In this document: positions 53,457 to 64,000 of the stretch, piece after piece
Layout of the letters: each line of letters starts with the position of its first letter
Position numbering within the stretch: the first letter of the stretch is position 1
Assembly (NCBI RefSeq): GCF_026210795.1
Contig: NC_089430.1
Location: 2,232,001 to 2,296,000, forward strand
Source: Rhizophagus irregularis
Lineage: Eukaryota
Length of the DNA: 64,000 bases
Direction: 5' to 3'
Translations under genes and position numbers: made by a program
The notes under the pieces: model-generated
Seen by the model: the letters and a program-made list of their open reading frames with translations, nothing else
Database searches by the model: none
What the model was told of the DNA's origin: nothing

Positions 53457-55028
53457 TATACAATATCAACATACCTCCATAATTTTCATATAACTAATAG
53501 AATAAAAATAATTTTGTAAAGCGAAATTACACATATATTCATTATGTTCAAAGAATTGAGAAAATCCAGAATTTTAGTTTTGTATACGATTAGTAAACCA
53601 ATAAACCAAAATTTGATTTCTATTGACTCCTTCCCACTATTGTTGCATACCGTAGTAAAATAGAAAAGCTTAAAATTTTTGTGTTAAAATCATCCAACCA
53701 TGACAACTTTTACTGAGAAAGACCGTTCGCTGATAATTTAAGAAGTCTGCCAATGAGCTTGAAAGTGAAGGGACTCAAAATAATTATGCTAAGTAAGACA
53801 TACTAGAGGTGCTGCAAGATGTCAGTGATGCAAGAGGCAACGGTATTAGATAATGGGTCGAACTTCCCTAAAGATTTCGGGAGAGGAGAGATTAGATTTA
53901 ACTTTATTTTTAATATTATATATATAAATATTAATATTAGCTGTTAGTATAAAATGAATAATAAATTTTTAAACAACTTAATTTCTTTCGCAATTTTATT
54001 TTCTAATAATACATCTGATATTTTATTTATTACTTTTAATGGACTCTTTCTCTATTAGCCAAGATTAATAATAATTCATTGTAAAGTCAATTCTAAAAAA
54101 GAGATTTAATCAACTAGATGAAATGATAATATCAAACTGTTATAAATGATCCAATAAAAAAATTCAAGCGAATCAAAAAGTTGTAGTATTATCATAAAAC
54201 TTACAAATCGTAACCATTTGCAAAACCGTAAAATATGCAAAATATTTTTGACTGTAATATTACAGACTGTAAATTTTACGAAATGTCATTAACTATCAAA
54301 CTTATATATAATCATACTTTATTACTGTATAATCTGACATGTTGAGAATACAAATTTAAATAATAAAGGGAGATATAAATGTGTGGACAGTTTTCTAACG
54401 TCCCGATTCAAAAAAAAAACTAGGGTGATATATGAAATGAACATATTTGGATGGAGGTGCCAGAGTATTTCCGTATTTGGATTCAAAAGTACAATACGTT
54501 TGGAAATGGATGGGGGCTAAGTATCCGCATTTTAATATAGAATTTGATCTAGTTTTCTATTTTCTTCATAATATACACATTTCTTTCGTCATCTTTATCT
54601 ATTGATATTAAACACTATTCATTCATCTGAAATCAATTTTAATACTACGAATATCAAATGTAGAATATTTTATTTATACTGGCGGACTTTCATTTTTTTA
54701 AGAAATTTTTTGGAAATGAGATTTGTTATTTTGTCGATTTATTATGATAATTAAGAAATTTTTCTTACAATATATAATAAATAAATTTAACGAAACTGAT
54801 CACCTTTTTTTAAAATTGATGATGTTAATAAATCGTTATTCGTCACGAACAACGGTATATATTATATTTAGTTCATGCCAAATAATATAGTTTTTACCTT
54901 ATTCTGTACTTTACCGAGTTTTACCGAGTGTACCGAGTATGTGACTAGTATATTATGAAATCAGCTGTAAAAATTTTTAATCCGGAATTTATAATTTTTA
55001 ATTGGATTTTGACTGTCAAGATTTTTAA

Positions 55029-58000
55029 GGGTAGGGTGTATGTCGATCATTTTAATTAGTAAATCGCCATCTAAAAAGTAACGTGATTTTTGATAAAACT
55101 AAATCTTTTTGAGAACCAAACGTATCACAAAAAAATTTTTTGCGTTCTCTTCTCAAAGACTTATAGTTTTATTTGTTGTGAGATATTTTTATGTTATTTA
55201 ATTAATTTATGTTTAAAATCATAGAAATAAAACTTTGTAACTCTCGAATGAGCTGAGTTTTTTCGAATGAAAGAAATAATATTAATAAAAAATGTGAAGA
55301 AATATATTATTTGCATGATAATACTTTGATTTTGTTAATATATACATAGGCTACAACCAATTTACAAATAAATACCTCCTTAACTAGTAATATTAATATT
55401 TAATGCATATTTTATTATATTTTATGCTTTCAATTATTAGATATAATGCCTTCTAACACTTCTTATAGCTGGTATACGATGCTAGTTGCCCAAGACCCTG
55501 CCAATCGATATGCTATACAACGGCCAAATGGTAGTTGGATGGTTATTGACTATTCTGCTGGTCTTCGTATTTTAAATTTACACAATGAAGCAAAAGCGTT
55601 CAATTTCACCATAAAAGATATCTCTATTGCTGAAGATCAAAATCATAATGCTGGTTATATTTTTTTTCGCCATCAAGAAGCAGAACAATCATTAATACCA
55701 TTATTACCTGGATATGTGGTTTACACCACTGCTGGCAAAAAAAGGTTTAGATTATCAATTCTAGAAAGTAATAATCAATTACTTTTCTTTTGGGAGGAGT
55801 TCGGTTCTGATTTTTCATATACTGATAAAAAGGCTCAAGGCGTTGAACGACTTGCCTTCCATTGTATGTTAAAACAATATGGTCTTGAATCAAATACTAC
55901 CATTCGAACAATTCTTGGTCTTTACAATCCTCAAATAATTTATAAACTTCAAAAACTTGTTCATGAAAAGTTTCCTTTGCTTTATCCAAGTATTTTTCAA
56001 CGTGAGTCTTTAGAAAATTTGCGAAATAGTGCAAAGAAAAAAGAAGAAACATTACTTCGTAGTTTGAAACGAGGACAAGAGGAAATTGATAATTTTTTAT
56101 GTGAAAATGATAGTAATGGTAATAGCCAAAATATTCTTTTTGGAATTCAGGTTGAATCCGATGGAAAAGTATTACCCCCTAAAATGACACAAGTTTCAAT
56201 GTTAAAAAATTTAGAATATAAACAAACAATTTATTCCCAAAATAGGACAATTAAAAAATTAAAAGAAAAGGTTACTTCAATAAATAATGAAGCTGGAAAT
56301 GCCAGTGAAACTGATATAACCACGCTCAATAGTGCAGAAATTCAAAAGTTGGTAGAAAAGGAAATAGATGAAAAAAAATTGGGATCGGTTATTTTCATAA
56401 GTACCTCTCAATACCTTTCTATTCTTCTTTCATTACCTTGCCCTAATTGTCATGATCTTATTGTATCAAATTGAACATTTTACACCAAAGTGTCTGGGTT
56501 TAATATATCTTGTGTCATTACATGTCTTCTTTGCGAAAAAATAACACAATATTCAAATGAGGATTCAGGAGTGAAGTATTCTCATTTAGTTACAGGAGCT
56601 GCGCTTGCTGGAGGAATACATCGAAATTCAATTCAAACAGCATTGGCTACAATTGGAATAACTAACCAATGTAGCAAAAAATCTTTTTACAACTATCAAG
56701 CTCGTATGTACAAGCCTATCATTGATAGTGCAAAATTTAGTAGTGAAATGCTACTACGTGAGATTTTAGATCACTTGGAATTGACTCATCTGCCAGGTCA
56801 AGAAAAAATGCTACCTATAGGTTTCGATTGTTCATGGTCACATTCTCGTAATGCACACCAAGCTAGCGGAGAATTCTTATACTTGGGTGACCTTCCTGGT
56901 ACATAAGAACTGTTTTTTTATTAGAATAGTTATTAAATTATCATTTGTTTTATTAGGGTATAATTACCAGCCCGTAATTGGATTTTATACAGTGGAAAAT
57001 TCTCGTGTAATACGTAAATCTGAAAATGATTCTTCAGCAATAATTTATAAAGGAAATTTTGATGGAACATCAAGAAAAATGGAGCACGCAATCTTACTTG
57101 CATTACTCAATGACATAATGCCTATATTAGAACAAACTGACTTTACCTTACATGTATGTGTAGATGGTGATCTAGAAACTAATAGAACTTTAGCATGCAT
57201 CCCTGCAGTAAGTCGCATATTTGCTGATCTGAAACATGTCAGCAAAAATATTCGAAAGAATCTACGTAAGTTGATTATTTTTATAAATTATTTTTATTAT
57301 CTCACAGCTAATAAATTTATTTTTTATTAACAGTAAAAAAGCAATATTCACGTTGGCATCCCTTTGAACAACATATTATGCGATATTTCAATTCTTGCAT
57401 ATTTAGTGCTGGCCTTAAGAATAAACTTAACCAGAATAGTGCGCCAACTGAAGAGGAAACGCGACATGTACAAGTGGAAGGTCTAATTCGGCATTTACTT
57501 GATGATCACAGTTTATGTTGGGATGACGTTTGCTGGATAAAAGATAATCCTGAATTACAACTGCAGAACCCAACTTTAAAAAATTATACGCAAGCCGAAA
57601 TTGAGAATTTTCGAAGTTTTATTACTACAATTTTTCGTATACCATCTGGCCAAGGACTTGTAACTACATTTCGCACTTCACATAATGAAACGTTCAACAG
57701 AAAAATTCTTAAGTACTTGGATAAACGAATTGATTATTGGGCCTCTTATAGTACTCGGCATGCGTTGGCAGTTCTTGACCAAAATGATGGATTAGATGTT
57801 ATGATTTCTAAAGTTCGTGCAGCAGCAACTGAAAAAGATTTTTCATATTCTGACATTTGTAATATACTGAACTTTGTTAAGGAAAGATCTCAAAATGTTC
57901 TTAAAAATCGTAGTACAATTCAACAACGAAATGAAGCAAGAAAAGAAAAATTTGCCAATGATAGAAAGGAACTTGCTGGATTTGATTTTGATAAGGTATG

Positions 58001-60407
58001 TATTGTATGTTATATCTTTTAAATATATGACAAAGTATTTATTTAAAATATTTATTATAGGAATTAGTGTCTTATAAAAGCAAAACACCTGAACAAATTC
58101 GCAAAGACATATTTTGGCCATCATTTGGTGATATTTTAAGAGATTTTGATGTAATAGTAAAATGTGTTGCATGTCATGCATTTGCGAAGAAGAGTGCACG
58201 TGGCTTGTGTGGATTATGTTCATTTTATGTAGATGCAGGTTTATGGGGACGAATTATTAATGATAAATTTATACCAAAAGGACAACTACCGGAGCCACTT
58301 AAAATAGATACACTAATCTCACTTGCTGCAAAAAAGATTTTTGGATTTGATAATTTTCGAGATGGACAGATGGAAGCAATTATTACTTATTTAGGTGGTA
58401 AGGATACATTTGTATCTATGAAGACTGGCGGAGGTAAAACTTTATGTTATGCCTTGTCAGCTATTTGTTTTGAAGGTTTAACTATTGTTTTTAGTCCTCT
58501 TAAAGCACTTATGGATGATCAAAAGGTTAGATTTAGTTATAATTACTGTATTGTATTTTGAATACCTAATAGTTTTTTTTATATTTAGCGAGAACTCATA
58601 AGTGCCGGTATTCCATGTGCTACCATATATGCCAATTTAGCACAAGGAGCAAGTATCCAAGAAAAGATTTTTGAAGAAATAGCATGTGGATTGATAAAGA
58701 TACTGTTTATTACGCCTGAAAAATTAACATCTAATGGAGGATTCTGTAAATTTATTACACAACTTTATGAACAAAAAAAAGTCCGTTTTATAATTGACGA
58801 AGCACATTGTATTTTAGCATATCAGGATTTTAGGTAATGCGATAATACTAGGCATTAGTATGGAAAATGATTAATTTCTGAATATTAACAATATTATTTT
58901 ATTATTACAGAGAAGCTTGGGGTCAACTTGGAATGTTAAAGCAGCGTTGGAAAATGGCACCAATTATGTTACTTACAGCAACATGTACACGAATGGAAGT
59001 AAATGAAATTTGTAAAAACTTGATAATTGAAGAGAATAATTTTGCGTTAATCCGTGGTTCTACAAGTCACCGATCAGAAATAATTTTCAATGTGAAGGAG
59101 AGAAAAGAAATCCGGGATCAATATATTACTGAAATTATAAGTATTGTAAATGCCAATTTACTTGGACGCATTATTATATATTGTGCAACACATTCAAGTT
59201 GTGAATATTTATACAATAAGTTACAAGAAAGCTTGAACAATATATCAATAAATTATTTCCATGGTGGTTTATGTGATAATGAAAGAGAAACAGCAATGAA
59301 TAATTGGAAAACTAATTATACGCAAATAATGATTGCAACATCTGCGTTTGGAATGGGGATAAACTCAAGTAATGTACGAGTGGTAATTCATGTGGAAGTA
59401 CCAATGAGTATGAGTATGTATATATAATAAACTAATTTTTTTATTTTTTTATAATATTTTAATATTATTTACACATTTATAGCTAGTCTTATTCAAGAAG
59501 CAGGACGTGCAGGACGTGATGGAAATACAGCAACTCATTTTATTTTTTATGGTAAAAAGGATATTCGTACAAATTACTCTATAATAGCAGAGTACCGAGA
59601 AACGTGAATATTTTTTACATTTATATATTAATAATAAAGAAATATATATTTGATAAAAAAAAAAATGACTAATTTATCTGATTGAAATACTGTATCAATA
59701 GTGCATCTATTATCGCAAATATCGAACAAAGATTGATCAATAAACTTGAACGAGCTACTAAAAAAATATTTGAGGTCTTCTACTATTGTAACTCACAATA
59801 TGAATGTCGTCAACAGCTAATTTGGCGATATCAAGCATGGCCAAATGAACAAAAGCCACCTACATGTGAAATATGTGATAATTGTATTAATCGAATTGCT
59901 GATAAGCCAAAACTACTCGATGGTAAAGAAGAAATAATAAAGTTGATAGAAGTAGTAGAATATCTTACGCAGATGGGTGAACAAATTGGTCCAGATGATG
60001 TGGTAGATATATTTAGAGGTGGTAAAACCGCAAAAATAAAACAAAAAAATTGGAATACTCTGCCCGTATATCCAACTGAAAAAAGAAAGGTGTTGAAAAC
60101 TAAAGATTTAGTTCATTTTGCTTTAACTGATTTAGTTGTTCGTGGTTTAGTTCAAGAAGATATTATATTGCGAAAACCAATTGAAAGTAGTAAAGTTTTA
60201 TCTAGCAATATTATTATAAAGGGTGTGGTACCGGGTATACAAGCTAGTGCTAACATGCAAACTTGGCTCTATTTTGTTAAATAAAATTATGTATAATACA
60301 AATAATTTCTGCAGAAATTATAATAATTTGTGTTTATGGTGTTTTGGTTACACAAAAAAAATTTGCCGCGTGATTTATATCAAAAATGATTTTCGTACAC
60401 CCCCCCC
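55029..60407 (+). mobile_element. Full-length Kolobok-type DNA transposon carrying a RecQ helicase (KolobokH-like), TTAA TSD
   Basis: Left end TTAA|GGGTAGGGTGTATGTCGATCATTTT. The right end, reverse-complemented, reads TTAA|GGGGGGGGTGTACGAAAATCATTTT. TTAA at 55025-55028 and 60408-60411. The ends enclose a transposase-helicase gene. Confidence 0.85.
55446..60284 (+). pseudogene. DDE transposase-RecQ helicase fusion gene (~1446 aa, 8 exons) with one in-frame TGA
   Basis: Exons 55446-56898, 56957-57265, 57334-57995, 58061-58525, 58589-58833, 58911-59413, 59483-59603 and 59702-60284 are all GT-AG and in frame. Transposase motifs GFDCSWS, SRKMEH, VDGD, DLKHVSK and TSHNETFN. RecQ motifs FGFDNFRDGQ, MKTGGGKT, SPLKALMDDQ, DEAHC, LTAT, ATSAFGMGIN, QEAGRAGRDG and Zn-binding CR...CEICDNC. 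TGA at 56472-56474. Confidence 0.88.
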
Positions 60408-60780
60408 TTAACTGCAAGTATTTGTGGACTTTCGGGATTTTGTTTCAACCGGAATTTGGAATTGTAGACTGTTGATATTGTGGTTTTCCGGAATTTTGTG
60501 GTAAACGCCTTACGTACATACGCTTTTTTTCTCATGACTTTTGACTTTTCATTAAAAATACATTGTTTGCATATGACCTTTATTATAATTATTATAATTA
60601 TTCAAAACAATTTAATCTGTTAACCAAAATTCTTCCAAAAATAACACTTTATTATGTATTCTTAAAGTTTATTTATCTTTAATCATAATTCTGGTCAAAT
60701 TATTTAATGCGGCCTAGAGATGTAAAATTTCGGTCACGTGTACTCCATAACAATTTTTGTTAATTTTTAATAATAAGGTT

Positions 60781-60928
60781 AACTAGGAAACGGGAACCAT
60801 TGAGCGAAAAACTAAAATTGCGATTTCATTGGGTGGCGATCACGTTGCGGACAGAGAAATTCACGTGATCGAATTTTTTTTTTCATAGTGCGTAGACATA
60901 TATTGTCCTTCGCTTCGTTCCGGACAAT
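60781..60928 (+). mobile_element. Short Helitron/Helentron-like non-autonomous element nested in a hAT-type MITE
   Basis: Starts AACTAG after TT and ends with the hairpin TTGTCC-TTCGCTTCGTTCC-GGACAA. A related end lies at ~48866-48948. Confidence 0.45.
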
Positions 60929-63900
60929 AAATATGACCTACAACTAAATATAAAAACAAATTGATACGATTTGCGCGATTAATTAATCGGTTAAGGTCCT
61001 CGGTTAATCGGTTCTTAATTGGTTAAAAGCTTTTTTGGTAATTTTCCGAAATAATTAATCGATTGTTATGTTGGTTAATCGATTATTAATCGGTTAAGGT
61101 TTTTTTTTTTGAACCCTTAATTTATTTACCAAATATAGTAAATAATATCCTAGTTATGTTTAAAATTATGCTTAGAGTAAGTCTTTGTTGATCAATTTAA
61201 TATCATTCTGAGTTTAGACTAGTCGATCTTAATTTATTATTACAAACAACTAAACAGTCAGAAACTGTTATCTCAAGAACATAGGTTCAGTTCCTGGGAT
61301 GAGCAGAATAATTGGGAATTACACGGACATTGTGTAGAATTAGTCCTTCGTATCTTCGTATACACTTCGGACTAATAAGGTCATAAGTCTTGGCAAAAGT
61401 ATCAAATCAATCCTATCTGGGTACTTTCACTCAACAAATAGTCATAATGCTGGATACAACATGAAATTGAACCAATTAACGCTTCTTATCATAAACTATT
61501 TTTTTTTGAATATGATAACTTTATTAATAATTAATTATTTAATAATTTTATGAAAGATTAGTGATTTATTATTAAAGTAAGGAAGATTTTTGGAAAGTTA
61601 GATAATGATAAATTTTGTTTTACTCCTCGACCTGTTGCCAAGGCTATCAAAACTTGTAAACAAGCGTCATAATTAGATTTTGTCTTTTCAAATTTATTAT
61701 ATTTTTTCGTTATCTTATATTAGTTAGTTACTATTTCGAAGGTATAAACAATATTTTGTTATTAGCGCGCAATCTAGCGTCAGCGCCAAGATTTTCCAAC
61801 AAAATCCTCAATTTAATGATTACATTATGTTAATAAAACATTTTCATATAAATTATTTAACTTCTAATTATTAATTGACACCCTATAGCGTCAATTGCAG
61901 TGTTCTAATAATTTCCAACAAAGCATTGATATCTAAAAGTTTTTCTAATATGAAATTAGAACATCCCTTATAACTTTTTATATGTTTATGGAAAAGGAGC
62001 GAACGAAATTCTTTCAAAAAATTCTTAAAGACCGTCATGAAGTGTTTATTTGTACAAATTTTGGTATAATTCGAAATTCAAATGTAATATAAATATACAA
62101 TTGTAATAAGTGTTTCTGAATGTGTTTGTTAAACGTGGATTTCTTTAAAAAGATTGAGAGTAGATTATATCGATCTTTATCATAAACATCGTTGTGAATT
62201 CTGAAACGCAAGTATTGAAATTATTTTTTTTTTCAATTGGAATATATACAGTAAATTACTGAATACCTTGTTTATACACCTTCCTCTTCGACGTGCATAT
62301 TAAAGCTAATCCTACTTTAGCAACTAAAGTAATTAAACAAATATAACATATATACAATATATGAAATATTATCAATACATACTTTTGTAAGGTTGAATAT
62401 ATATGGCTCTCGAAATGTAGTTTTATAGTCCACTTCGATGCGGCCTCTATAAGTGCTATTTAAATTTTTTTTTTGCATATTTTTTTTTTTGTATTATTTT
62501 CTAGTTCATAATTTTTTCTTATCGTTAATTATGGATTTTGAGTAAAACTCATCTTAGAAGAGTATATTCATAGTAAAAATAACTTAATTGCAGCTATAAA
62601 GTTCAACTTAATTCTGAAGAATTATACGAAATTGGCAAATTATTATAAATGTAAAGAATTATATTATGTATATAATTGTTTAATCGTTAAACCTTAGAAA
62701 AATTATGTTCGAAACCGTGAAAAACGGCAAGTTTCTTAATTAAGACATTCTTTGAAACTAGACTTTTGGCATTTTTTGTTCTTACATATTTTCATCTTAT
62801 TTATATTTTTCATAGAAAATTATATAAGTAATCAATTTTATATAATACGGTTGACTCAAGATTATAACTAAGTATTTGTAATAATCGTTTCAATAGACAT
62901 ACATTGTATCATTTCCCCATTTTAAGAATGATATTAACCTCTTTTTTCCCAGTTAAACTCATTTTTTATTATTTTGAATCCTTATTAATAATAATGACGA
63001 CGGGTAAACGAATAAACGATACCGGTAATACCAGCAATACGGCGACACTGTATACAAAAAATACGGTAAATCTCGCGACACATCGGTTTAATTTGATTAA
63101 TAAGCCCACAATGATTAGTCAAATTCTATTTTTATAAGGTTGCACAGTGGTTGCACAAAAGTTATTTTTCATCCCGAGAATTAATTATCAAACCTATTTG
63201 TCACAAAAGTTATTTGTCACATATATAATTTCTTAATGCCGTAATTCCAGCCAAATCCGTCCCGCTTTAGATATCGAACTTGGACTTCCTTTTTGTAGGT
63301 CGGCTCTTGGGAATCTCTTGGCACCTCTTCTCATTTTGCAGGACAGTACCTTGGTGTAGCTCGTCAATTTGGCATTTTGGAATGAATCGGTAAGTTTAAA
63401 CCTTATAATTTTTTTATTTTTTAAATTTTTTTTTTCTTTTTTTGCAGGTATCGGTAGATTGAGCTTCATGGATCCCAGATGATAGGATCGGTAAGTTACA
63501 AAATGTTTCGTTTGAAACTTTTTTTAAAGTTTTTAATTTTGTTTTGAAGAAACTAACCGTTTCTTCTTTTGTCTATTTTGTAGGTATTGTCTTCGATTTT
63601 TGGATCAGCTCCTTGAGTAAGTTTCGAAGTTTCGCTTCACTTCGAAACTTAATTAAATCTTTTTATATTCTTTTAAGAAACGCTAAGTCACTAATTGTTT
63701 CTATTTAGAAACAAGTTAATGAACCGTTTATAATAATGTTATCCTTTTGGTTATAAAATTTATAAGTTTTTATAATTTTAAATATGATTGTTGGGAATCT
63801 CTGCTCTTATTCCCCCCATGAAATACATGGGAGTGGCAGAGCGCGTCACTTTATTATATAATAATCATTATATTTGTGATTAATGCTTTCATGATAGAAG

Positions 63901-64000
63901 TCAAAATTTTAAAAATGTTTATTGAATTGGTTTAATAAGGTTAATGTATATAACATCCCTTTGCAAAGTGTTGATAAATTAATAATTCTCATTTACTGAT

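Noticed and set aside
58061..60284. Host RecQ/Sgs1 gene
   Set aside because: It is spliced in frame to a DDE transposase and enclosed by TIRs and TTAA duplications.
55025..60411. piggyBac or Academ assignment
   Set aside because: The ends read TTAA|GG...CC|TTAA, opposite to piggyBac, and the transposase motifs and TTAA target fit Kolobok better. A database check is still needed.

Overview
AT-rich, intron-containing eukaryotic DNA. The gene families and repeat content point to an arbuscular mycorrhizal fungus such as Rhizophagus (inference). Intact-looking genes are an intronless secreted trypsin-like serine protease (10942-11832), an ML-domain lipid-binding protein (19581-20024), two tandem 5-exon Kelch-repeat type-I membrane proteins (20094-23655) and an intronless FLYWCH+MULE transposase-derived gene lacking its second catalytic Asp (37070-38512). 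The largest element is a complete ~5.4 kb TTAA-flanked DNA transposon (55029-60407, Kolobok-type ends). Its single 8-exon gene fuses a DDE transposase to a full RecQ helicase and carries one in-frame TGA. The ORF track misses a tiny 3-exon gene for a secreted Kex2-type peptide precursor (1915-2505). It holds a MULE-like fold-back insertion with a 9-bp TSD whose own GT/AG sites would splice it out in frame, an introner-like arrangement. The rest is MITEs (hAT, Tc1/mariner, MULE, Harbinger and Helentron types), minisatellites and pseudogene fragments. All exon structures were derived by eye and need RNA-seq confirmation.
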